Positions 1 to 10,711 of a stretch of 64,000 bases of DNA are shown here, one piece after another. This stretch comes from Octopus bimaculoides (lineage: Eukaryota): positions 118,270,331 through 118,334,330 of the forward strand of contig NC_068982.1 in assembly GCF_001194135.2 (NCBI RefSeq). Direction: 5' to 3'. The notes below the pieces were generated by a model. That model saw only the letters and a program-made list of their open reading frames with translations, was not told the origin of the DNA and ran no database searches. Numbering within the stretch: position 1 is the stretch's first letter; each line of letters starts with the position of its first letter. The position numbers and the translations under genes were made by a program.

Positions 1-1002
1 ACTGTTATTATGGTAGCTGTTTTATTTTTATGTTTATTATCAGCTACATTTATCATATTTTAATTGTTTGTTATAGTTATTACTGCCGCTGAACAAGACA
101 CTCCATATTATCGAAGGTATTACTGTCATGATAATTCAGATCTTATTTTGCTTTTTTTGACAGACAACATGTACTCTAGATTACATTACTTGATATATCT
201 TTCTACTGAAACATTACAGCTTCATTAATCTTTGCACACGCCAGTAAATATATTCTTTTATATTTATATATAAGAAGCGAAATTATTAGTACGCTAAGAA
301 CGAGAGATTCGGCATGACTAGCAGATAAATCATTATGTCAGAGAAATACATGTCCCGCGGTCCGATGACATCATTCATAACTCAACTCAGTGTGACGTCA
401 CATACATTGTCAATAAGGTATATTTCTTTCCCGAAACAGTTACCGCAGAGAAGGTCTTTCTACACTTTAGTGTACACGAACGTATTAAATACAAAGATGC
501 GCAGCCTTATTGTAATCATCGCTGGTTACCGGAGCTTTATTAATTGAAACCATAGCGTATCATTTGAGTGAATGGATTTGATATTGCTAGCAGAAATTGT
601 AAGCTCCGTCCTAGCTGCTTTGTTTGGTGCTAGCTTCCTTGTTTGCAGTGGTATTACTTCTATTGAAGACGACATCCTTCTGCCTTCCGTATTGATGCCA
701 CAGCTACTATAATTCTTGCTATTCACCATGCAAAACCCATTACTCTTCATATCAGTGCTAACTGCCTCGAAAATGTTTCAGCATGACACTAACCCTAAGC
801 TTAATATCTGTGTAACTCTTACAATCACCCGACTCACATTTGCACTCTCCCTACTCTCCATATTGAAATTATTTCCACCGTGAACAATATTATTCACCGT
901 GGTGCTCCTGTTGTACCTATTGTTTTAGATAATTTACAACTGTCAGAGACTTTGTAATACAAATATTGACAAATCACACATCTTCAGCTACGTTAATTGC
1001 TA

Positions 1003-1345
1003 TTAGGTGGTTCCGCAAATAATGGCCGATTTCAGAAACATAATTTTATTCTGGAGAAATTAACAAGAGAAATGTTTTGATTAGTGAAAGTATGAGCCGT
1101 GAACATCTCTGCATCTCTGCAATCGATCAAGGAGATTGTTTATGACTCGTTGATAAAAACTAATTGGATTCGATGCTAAGAAATCTTTGAAAGCTGTTTT
1201 CACTTCTGGTTTGGACCTGAAAGTTTTATCACTTAAAAACGTGCTGAAATGCTTAAAAATGGTAGCCGGTGGGTGAAAGATCAGGAAAATATGGAGGATG
1301 TGGTAATGTCTCGTATCCCAAGTCTGTGAGTTTCTTACTTTCATA
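1003..1345 (-). mobile_element. mariner transposon relic (transposase C-terminus plus right TIR)
   Basis: Minus strand with one frameshift reads KLTDLGYETLPHPPY..PDLSPTGYHFFKHFSTFLSDKTFRSKPEVKTAFKDFLASNPISFYQRVINNLLDRLQRCRDVHGSYFH, the mariner YSPDLAPxDYHLF region. TA followed by TTAGGTGGTTCCGCAAATAATGGCCGATTT at ~1001 resembles a mariner TIR. Confidence 0.85.
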
Positions 1346-1454
1346 GCTGCAAAGTATATAGAAATATACCCTAGCTCAGAAAGTCATCTTTACTAGGTTC
1401 ATTCATCTTGGAATCAAGCGACTGTAAAACAGCAATATTCATTACAGAATACAT

Positions 1455-1668
1455 GGCGGCGAGCTAGTACAATAGTTAGCACACCGGGAAAAATGCTTAG
1501 TGCCATTTTGTCCGTCTTTTCATTGTGACTTCCATTCCACCGAAGTTGACTTTGCCTTTTATTCTATTGAGATCGATAAAAGAATTGTCATTGGTACACA
1601 GGATCAGATTTAAATGACTTAATCCTTTCCACCGATATTGCAGGCCTTGTGTTAAAATTTGAAACCAA
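1455..1668 (+). mobile_element. tRNA-headed SINE relic (family B)
   Basis: GGCGGCGAGCTAG..GTTAGCACACCGGG head, GTTGACTTTGCCTTTTATTC..GATAAAAG core and GGCCTTGTGTTAAAATTTGAAACC tail. Related pieces occur at 34860-34942 and 39318-39505. Confidence 0.7.
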
Positions 1669-2939
1669 GGTTCATTAAAGAGCATACAAATTATTTTCAT
1701 AGGAGACAATTCACATAGAACGTCCTACATTTCATAAGACTATATGATGTAAGTCGATGCTACTCTGAAATAACTAGTCCCCCATACTTAAACGTAGTAA
1801 GCTCGATTTCGGTGCAACTTTGTGAAAGTTGTCCATACTCCTCAGTTTACATTATGCAATACGCCGATGTAAAATTTTGTATCATCATATACCAGCATGA
1901 ACGTTTCCTATATCTGTATGCTCTGAAAATACAATGAAATAATACCATACTCTGTACGTGTCAGTGTAGTTTTATATATGTGAATATACGTATTAAAACT
2001 TTTCACGAGCGTTTTACTATTTATGACCAGTGTGATTTACATTACGTGTGTTTATAGCTAATTAATCATTACAATCAAAACCCCCTTGCGAAATAGAAAC
2101 TTTTAGTCAAGTGAAAAGTATAAATAGATTCAAGTGTAAAATTATATTAGTAATATTATTACATTTTGTATTAAGTCTGTAAGCTTACAAAATGCTATAT
2201 AATCCATAACTATGTTTCTTCTAAACAGCGCTCGGACAATGACATTATACTGAACATATACAGAACGTTTGATTTTAATCCTATTAAAATATTTGCCATC
2301 TTATTGGTCTCTTACCGCTGTAGCATGGTAGTAAACCTTTGACAGAAAACAGAAAGTAGTAAAATATCGCCACAAATACACACGAACTGCTTGTGCTAGC
2401 ACACTGTTCGTGTAGATAGCTACGTGTGTCTATATGTGCTTGCATATGTGGGGTGTACGTGTGTGCAGGTGTGTCCCATCAGTCTTGTTGCTACAATGTT
2501 AAGCTCAAACACAATGAAGTATTTCAACAAAATTAAATAAACATAATTAACATAAATTGCCTTTCGTTCGCTTAATGCACATTCTTAAACCATTTGAGAA
2601 ATCATGTTGACGAGTGAAGGACAGCCAGTATTGTGAAGATATTCTCTTCAAAATAATAGTCACGACTTCATACCATCACCTCCGATGCACAGAACTAACT
2701 TCTTACTGAAAGCTATAATTAGATTTCCTCAAATGAATAGAATACTTTGTCTTTCTAACAGGCAATATTATAATTCCTCCAGACACATGAAAGAAATGAG
2801 TAAACAGAGGATAATCGCTAATATAACCATAAACACTGCCAGCACCAGAGACATTTTACCAGCAACAAAATATAGTCAATAGCCAGAGGAAATATTGAAC
2901 CAACCCAGCAAATAATAAAACGTAAAAGGAGATAATATT

Positions 2940-3115
2940 TTCATAGGATGACAAGGTCAATTTCATTGAAAAACACTTCCATCAACGCATTGGAATTCCT
3001 AAGAACTCGCACCTGAGCTGAATTCACCAACAGAATTTACCATCTTATCCAAGTCAAAGATCAGAATTAGTATCCCATTGGGTGTTTCGGATTTTGAGAC
3101 GATATATATTGCCGC
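2940..3115 (+). mobile_element. possible highly decayed Penelope-like RT fragment
   Basis: DDKVNFIEKHFHQRIGIPKNSHLS resembles the FxxKxYxQxxGIPMG motif; a degenerate DDIY follows. Confidence 0.3.
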
Positions 3116-3333
3116 ATAATTATACGGGTTTATTTTTATTATTTTACTATTAATAAAGTGCACCTAATAACAGCTTACAAATACGGATAGGCGAATCATT
3201 GTAAATATAAAATCTATGAACACTAATTATAAAATTCTCAGCGGGACTATAGAGAATCATTTCATAATAGTATTGAGGCATCCTGAACTAAAACGGTATT
3301 AAACGTTCAGTTATTCTACACCAATTTAAGATA

Positions 3334-3364
<31 letters not shown>

Positions 3365-3374
3365 NNNNNNNNNN

Positions 3375-3414
<40 letters not shown>

Positions 3415-4333
3415 GCTCTCTCTCCCTCATACACGCACACACACATATACATATGGAGGTGTTGGCCCTATAAACATAAAGAGCAACATTATAGGAAAGA
3501 AATGTTTTAAAAAATGGTATTTTTTAAAATATCAGAGGAGACAAACAGTCTCATAACGTACTAGTTGCTAGCTATTCACCAGAAGGTCAGTGAGAGGCAA
3601 ATATATGGGTATGAGAAAAGGAGTAGTCAAGGTTTAAAAGGAAAATAAAACGTCAGCGAAGACACAAGAAGAATGCGAAGTGTTTGAAACTAGCTGCGGA
3701 ATGCTGTTCTATAGGAGACATTAAGAAGTGCCGATTGAATGGTTCTGTAGATGCATATATCTAAGTGTACAATTTGATGGAAACTAGTAGGTGAAGTGGT
3801 ATGTGCGATACTGCAGTGCTTGTGCAAAATTGTGCACAAATTTATAAGCATAATGGCATTGATTAATAGGAACGTATGGTTTTATCATTGGTAGGTGGAA
3901 AGTGTGAATGCATGTCTCCTGATGGCGAAAGTATATAGGGGAGTGTGGAAAAAATCTATTGAGGAAACACATATAGCAAATGTGGTTTGGTGAGTATTCC
4001 TGATGTATGTATATATATACATATATATATATATATACATANNNNNNNNNNNNNNNNNNNNNNNNNNNNNNNNNNNNNNNNNNNNNNNNNNNNNNNNNNN
4101 NNNNNNNNNNNNNNNNNNNNNNNNNNNNNNNNNNNNNNNNNNNNNNNNNNNNNNNNNNNNNNNNNNNNNNNNNNNNNNNNNNNNNNNNNNNNNNNNNNNN
4201 NNNNNNNNNNNNNNNNNNNNNNNNNNNNNNNNNNNNNNNNNNNNNNNNNNNNNNNNNNNNNNNNNNNNNNNNNNNNNNNNNNNNNNNNNNNNNNNNNNNN
4301 NNNNNNNNNNNNNTACATAAATGTATGAATATA

Positions 4334-4915
4334 CAGGGTGCAATGAGTAAATTGCTGCTCTTGCGCGCATTTCTTGTTTTTTTTATTATTTTTATGGACT
4401 ACACAGTATAGTAGGATCCGTTGACCACCGTCTATCAGAAAAGCAGCACCATGTTGCAATTGACACCCAGAAATTTGGAAATGAAATCCTGTACTGCTTG
4501 GTATTTGCGCCGGAAGCGCCAATGCGATCATTACAGTGTGTTTGGGTGTCAATCAAAGTTCGGTGCAATCTGAGTACATGTACCGAAGCGATAACAAAAT
4601 CAAACATCCGGTCAACATCATGGTGTTTGGAGTGATCACTAGCGATAGGTTTGTTATGCTTCCTTTCATCTTCCCACATGCCTCAGATTCAACAAGCAGG
4701 CCTACATAGATACCTGGACGAGGCGGTGCTGCCCTGGGTAAAGAGGGTGTCAAATACAAGACTCTATGGTGCAACAGGACCCTGCACCATGCCATACGAG
4801 CAAGAGAACGCAGTCATGGCTATCAGACAATTTCTGCGACCACATTTATGCGTCCAGAAGAGTTGCCAGAAATTCCGAAGTCGTCTGGAGGCCGTGATTG
4901 AAGGCTCTTTTGATA
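4334..4915 (+). mobile_element. internally deleted Tc1/mariner (maT/DD37D-like) element
   Basis: TA then CAGGGTG terminus. Frameshifted KIKHPVNIMVFGVITSD..PFIFPH, YLDEAVLPWVKRV, a WQQD.APCH-like motif and KFRSRLEAVIE. Confidence 0.8.
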
Positions 4916-4986
4916 CTGATTAAATTTACTCTTTAGTATCTATATTTATATATGTGTGCGCATGTGCGCTTGAGTGTGCGTGTGAG

Positions 4987-5031
<45 letters not shown>

Positions 5032-5689
5032 NNNNNNNNNNNNNNNNNNNNNNNNNNNNNNNNNNNNNNNNNNNNNNNNNNNNNNNNNNNNNNNNNNNNN
5101 NNNNNNNNNNNNNNNNNNNNNNNNNNNNNNNNNNNNNNNNNNNNNNNNNNNNNNNNNNNNNNNNNNNNNNNNNNNNNNNNNNNNNNNNNNNNNNNNNNNN
5201 NNNNNNNNNNNNNNNNNNNNNNNNNNNNNNNNNNNNNNNNNNNNNNNNNNNNNNNNNNNNNNNNNNNNNNNNNNNNNNNNNNNNNNNNNNNNNNNNNNNN
5301 NNNNNNNNNNNNNNNNNNNNNNNNNNNNNNNNNNNNNNNNNNNNNNNNNNNNNNNNNNNNNNNNNNNNNNNNNNNNNNNNNNNNNNNNNNNNNNNNNNNN
5401 NNNNNNNNNNNNNNNNNNNNNNNNNNNNNNNNNNNNNNNNNNNNNNNNNNNNNNNNNNNNNNNNNNNNNNNNNNNNNNNNNNNNNNNNNNNNNNNNNNNN
5501 NNNNNNNNNNNNNNNNNNNNNNNNNNNNNNNNTCTCAGAAGGCATTATTCACTCTTTTGTCCTACATTGAAATGTGTTTATGTCTGGAGAAAGATTTTGA
5601 TACTGACGGTGTGTTGCTAACGGAAAGCATAGAGGTTGTAAAGTGAAGATTTGGGCAGCCATAATACGGAATAAGCAAGACTTGACTCT

Positions 5690-5817
5690 GTCATGTCTAG
5701 CTTTATATTCTACAGGTGCTGTCATGTCATACTTTATATTCTACAGGTGTTAAGACACTACACCTTGAGATTAGGTGATGTATAGTTTCAATCTCACCGT
5801 TACAGAATCGGCATTTT
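5690..5817 (-). mobile_element. non-LTR retrotransposon (R4/Dong-like) CCHC zinc-knuckle fragment
   Basis: KCRFCNGEIETIHHLISRCSVLTPVEYK then ARHDRV after a 31-bp tandem duplication at 5688-5749. Confidence 0.7.
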
Positions 5818-5841
5818 TGGACATTTTTGGACATTTTTGGA

Positions 5842-5842
<1 letters not shown>

Positions 5843-5880
<38 letters not shown>

Positions 5881-5901
5881 CATCATTATTATTATTATTA
5901 A

Positions 5902-5936
<35 letters not shown>

Positions 5937-6023
5937 CATTGTTATATTCAGGTCACTGCCTGGAATCGAATTCGGATACTTGGGGTTAGTAGCCCTCGCT
6001 CTTAACCACTACGCCATATGCCC
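5843..6023 (-). mobile_element. short tRNA-derived SINE or tRNA pseudogene with (AAT)n tail
   Basis: GGGCATATGGCGTAGTGGTTAAGAGC (A box) ... CCGAATTCGATTCCAGG (B box), then ~100 bp of AAT repeats. The anticodon-position triplet is ACT. Confidence 0.7.
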
Positions 6024-6939
6024 CCAGCAAAATCGTCCGACAGTTGCAAAACAATACCTTGTGAGCAAGTGAATGGTTTCAAACAAAGGAAATAGGCAAC
6101 GTCGTCGCAATGTATAAAAAGTAAAGAGATTAATGTATATATGTACATTTGTATGTATATTATCAGGTATTTACATATACATTCGTGCATGCGTACGTAT
6201 GTACTTATGCTTATTCGTACGTTGGTCTGTTCGAATGTACCTAAGACTGTGCGTACATTGCATATGAGTATATGTGTGTATAACATACAGGGAAAAATAA
6301 TGGGAACGTGTTGCTGAAATATTCTAAATGCGGAAAGGTTTGTATACGAAAAAGTTAATACTACATTGTTTTTTTTTTGTTCTTTTTTTCTATCATCTTC
6401 AATATTTCTAAGATTTACTGGCTGTTAATGCATCCATTGTTGGATGCATAACCAGACTATCATATATGTAAATTGCGATGTAGTTCTTCTTATATGTTGT
6501 AATTCTCTGGCAATTTCGAAAGATATTAACATCCACCGAGCACCAAAATTTCTTCGTCAGTGAATATGTTACGCTTATCGCTCTCGGTATTATGGTGAGA
6601 CAAGTATATATATGTTTGCGTATATGGAAATTTACAAATATATGTAAATATATCAGTGTAATCATATACAAACGTCGTGTTACACACTCATACACACACA
6701 CACGAATAATGCATGCGTATGTATATATACATACATGTATATGTATACACACATCCCTAGATATATGTATGTATGCATATATATAGATACATACAGCCAT
6801 ACACACACATAAATATATATATATATAGGAGAGTATTATAGTTCGCTTGATGCATTGTGTATTGTTTGTAAAGAATAAAATATTTTGAATGACACAGCAA
6901 TGCATTATACTACAAACAATGGACTATAATAACAGTTGT

Positions 6940-7520
6940 AATTTAATCATCCGTTGTCTGATATGATATTTCGGAATAAAATTCCTTCTTCAGATATCCC
7001 TAGGAATTGATGGAGTCGCTACTATAATCGGTTTTCCAAAGTTTTTTTCTTTTTTCGGAAGCGTCTTGGCAGTGGTCTCACGAAGCTTCTTCCGAAATTC
7101 CTCATGAGAAGCTTCCCTGCTTTTTACCTTCTCTTTTTTGTTATAAACAATATATGAGCATGTTATAAAAAAAATGAGCCTACACGCATCTAGATGTAGC
7201 TAAATAATATATTGATTACCAACCTTCAGCCTATTGTTAATTTGGGACCCTAATCTGTATGATTATAACTTCCTTAATTATTAAATTACCCAAATTTATT
7301 TCATTGGACTCAATTGTGCCTGATATGCTTTTGTCAGTGTTCTGGCATCTGTCTAGATATTTTCTGAAGGAAGAGGCTCTCGTGTTCAGATGTTCTTTGA
7401 TGCGGACGTGTAACGGTCTTGTTGTGCTACCCATAAAACTTGTGGCGTTTGTTACGTTTTATTCTATACACATCTCTTGCAATATGCTTATACACCCAGT
7501 ATTTATCTTTCTATCCTCAA
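6940..7520 (-). mobile_element. Penelope-like element 3' relic (GIY-YIG endonuclease plus pLTR region)
   Basis: DVYRIKRNKRHKFY / GSTTRPLHVRIKEHLNTRASSFRKYL..NLGNLIIKEVIIIQ at ~7237-7480, with the hammerhead ~240 bp downstream of the stop. Confidence 0.8.
6960..6998 (-). ncRNA. minimal type I hammerhead ribozyme, PLE-associated
   Basis: Minus strand: GATAT-CTGAAGA-A-GGAAT-TTT-ATTCC-GAAA-TAT-C-ATATC. Perfect 5-bp stems I and II, intact CUGANGA/GAAA core, palindromic AUAU stem III, AUC cleavage triplet. Confidence 0.8.
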
Positions 7521-7734
7521 TCGCATTGCTTACATAAATATATGCGCTCACGAAACGCAACTTGCAACTCTGAGTCCGAATTGCATAGAAAATCTATTAA
7601 AATAAGCTTAAAACAGAGAACATCACATTGCTAATACCAGATAAAAAAGGTATTCACTTGTAATATATTTGGTAGAAGGTTATGGTTGCAAAACGAAATA
7701 CTATATTTTTGTTAGCAATTAATATATCCATGAC

Positions 7735-7815
7735 TAAAATGCCACGCAGTGGGAGTGAACCCGAAATCATTTGGCTGTGAAACAAACCTTTTACCACAGA
7801 GCCATACATGTGTCC
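7735..7815 (-). mobile_element. SINE family A tRNA-like head fragment
   Basis: Reverse complement GGCTCTGTGGTAAAAGG..TTTCGGGTTCACTCCCACTGCGTGGCA matches the head of the copy at 46753. Confidence 0.6.
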
Positions 7816-8773
7816 CTATATAAGTACTTTTTTCCCTTTCCTTTTTTTTTTCATCAGAAAAATATTAATTTAACATTTCAACAAAGCATGATTTAAGGAT
7901 ATCTTAACAAAATCTGAAATATGTACACTTTATACATTGTGTTGAGAAAATTGTAAAGGAATTACGATTGTCAGTTGAATCACTAAGAGAAATAAAGAAA
8001 AAATTGAATGTAAAGAATATTTTCAACAATTCTTATTACAAACAAAAATAAAACGAGGCATAAAATAAACAATATAAAATTTCGAGGAACATTAAAGGAG
8101 ATTTTNNNNNNNNNNNNNNNNNNNNNNNNNNNNNNNNNNNNNNNNNNNNNNNNNNNNNNNNNNNNNNNNNNNNNNNNNNNNNNNNNNNNNNNNNNNNNNN
8201 NNNNNNNNNNNNNNNNNNNNNNNNNNNNNNNNNNNNNNNNNNNNNNNNNNNNNNNNNNNNNNNNNNNNNNNNNNNNNNNNNNNNNNNNNNNNNNNNNNNN
8301 NNNNNNNNNNNNNNNNNNNNNNNNNNNNNNNNNNNNNNNNNNNNNNNNNNNNNNNNNNNNNNNNNNNNNNNNNNNNNNNNNNNNNNNNNNNNNNNNNNNN
8401 NNNNNNNNNNNNNNNNNNNNNNNNNNNNNNNNNNNNNNNNNNNNNNNNNNNNNNNNNNNNNNNNNNNNNNNNNNNNNNNNNNNNNNNNNNNNNNNNNNNN
8501 NNNNNNNNNNNNNNNNNNNNNNNNNNNNNNNNNNNNNNNNNNNNNNNNNNNNNNNNNNNNNNNNNNNNNNNNNNNNNNNNNNNNNNNNNNNNNNNNNNNN
8601 NNNNNNNNNNNNNNNNNNNNNNNNNNNNNNNNNNNNNNNNNNNNNNNNNNNNNNNNNNNNNNNNNNNNNNNNNNNNNNNNNNNNNNNNNNNNNNNNNNNN
8701 NNNNNNNNNNNNNNNNNNNNNNNNNNNNNNNNNNNNNNNNNNNNNNNNNNNNNNNNNNNNNNNATATACACGC

Positions 8774-8820
<47 letters not shown>

Positions 8821-9044
8821 AATATGTATAAATATATACGTATATATGAGAATAATATATCATGAGGATGGACGATGACAGGCTTTGAGTGCAGATCCTG
8901 ACATTTGATATATACTGCATACCACCTTTTAAGTTACTGAGCTTATAATTAGCCCTGGAATATATCATGGTATAGGTAACATGTAGTAGCCAAATAATGA
9001 CATTAGATCTGTTTAATACACGTTAGGAGGTGCGTGCCGAATTA

Positions 9045-9408
9045 TACTAAATGGTTTCGGATTCAGTCCAACTGCGAGGCACCCTCTGAAAGTGTCTTCT
9101 ACTATAGCCTCGGGTCAACCAAAGCATTGTGAGTCGAACTGGTAGACGGAAATTGAAAAGAAGCCCCTCCTATCTATATCAGTGCGTGTATTTATGTTTG
9201 TGTATCTGTGCTGTGTTTGTCCCCACCACCATCGCTTGACAACCGATGCTGGTGTGTTAACGTCCCCGTAAACTAGCAATTCGGCAAAGAGACCGATAGA
9301 ATAAATGCCGAGCGTACAAAGAATAAATCGTGGGGTCGATTTTTTTCGACCAAAAGGCGGTGCTCCAGCATGGCTGCAGTCAAGTGACTGAAAGAAGTAA
9401 AAGAATAC
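9045..9408 (+). mobile_element. tRNA-headed SINE family A (CORE-like segment)
   Basis: AAGTGTCTTCTACTATAGCCTCGGG..GGTAGACGGAAA..internal microsatellite..GGCGGTGCTCCAGCATGGC..GACTGAAA; collinear with the copies at 27117 and 46753. Confidence 0.85.
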
Positions 9409-9416
9409 AAGAATGT

Positions 9417-9451
<35 letters not shown>

Positions 9452-9822
9452 NNNNNNNNNNNNNNNNNNNNNNNNNNNNNNNNNNNNNNNNNNNNNNNNN
9501 NNNNNNNNNNNNNNNNNNNNNNNNNNNNNNNNNNNNNNNNNNNNNNNNNNNNNNNNNNNNNNNNNNNNNNNNNNNNNNNNNNNNNNNNNNNNNNNNNNNN
9601 NNNNNNNNNNNNNNNNNNNNNNNNNNNNNNNNNNNNNNNNNNNNNNNNNNNNNNNNNNNNNNNNNNNNNNNNNNNNNNNNNNNNNNNNNNNNNNNNNNNN
9701 NNNNNNNNNNNNNNNNNNNNNNNNNNNNNNNNNNNNNNNNNNNNNNNNNNNNNNNNNNNNNNNNNNNNNNNNNNNNNNNNNNNNNNNNNNNNNNNNNNNN
9801 NNNNNNNNNNNNNNNNNNNNNN

Positions 9823-9934
<112 letters not shown>

Positions 9935-10159
9935 TGTGCTTGTGAACGTATATATATATAATGTATATATTCGTAGTTATGTATGTTTACGAGGAGTACC
10001 CAAAGGAAACTGGAGGTTTGCAATATTATTTTACTCACTTAGTTTTAAATGTTTACACTTTTATTCCCAATTCGTCGCTCAAAAGTTATTGATATATGCT
10101 ATAGAACACACCAGTCATAACAACTACTTCGTCAATTGTCCGGCCACGGCTCTCCAAGA

Positions 10160-10400
10160 TCGGTTCTAGAAGTTTCGTGATGTTTGCATTCGTTTGGAAA
10201 TCGACAGTCTCTCTGAACTAGGTTTGACCTGAGGCAACAAGCGACGACCCCTAAAGCGTGGAAACCACTTGTAAGCATGTGTTTTGCTTAGTCCAGCGTC
10301 CATGTAAGCTGATTGAAGATTGACAACTGTTTCGGTTGCCATTTTCCTCAAAAGAAACCAGAATTTCACGGAAGTACGCTGTTACCTCGTTTCAGTCATC
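10160..10400 (-). mobile_element. mariner transposase N-terminal HTH relic
   Basis: QRTSVKFWFLLRKMATETVVNLQSAYMDAGLSKTHAYKWFPRFRG..PSSERLSIS. Confidence 0.8.
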
Positions 10401-10608
10401 GTAAAAATCGACGTATAGAAGAGAAGCACCGTAGAACAAAGACACACCACGTAACTCTACGACAACACAGGAAGATGCCGGTCGGTAGACTGATGGCTGA
10501 GAGTCGTATCTAGCGGTTTCTAACTAGAGCAGCCTGAACTATAAAGGGTTTGTCCTACAGAGAAAGTTAATGATTACTTTTGGATACTCTGGATTAACAC
10601 CAGTTGAT

Positions 10609-10711
10609 ATAAATGAATGTGCATATTCGTGTGTATATCATGCACTTCTATATATGTGACATAAATGAATGTGCATATTCGTGTGTATAATATCATGCAC
10701 TTCTATATATG
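10609..10711. repeat. 52-bp direct tandem duplication
   Basis: ATAAATGAATGTGCATATTCGTGTGTATA(A)TATCATGCACTTCTATATATG starts at 10609 and again at 10661. Confidence 0.9.

Noticed and set aside
526-930. Hydrophobic plus-strand frame and 74-aa minus-strand ORF
   Set aside because: Interrupted by stops, no recognisable motif or splice context; consistent with low-complexity AT-rich DNA.
5947-6023. Functional tRNA-Ser(ACT)
   Set aside because: Poor acceptor-stem pairing, an atypical anticodon and a direct (AAT)n tail indicate a retroposed SINE-type copy.
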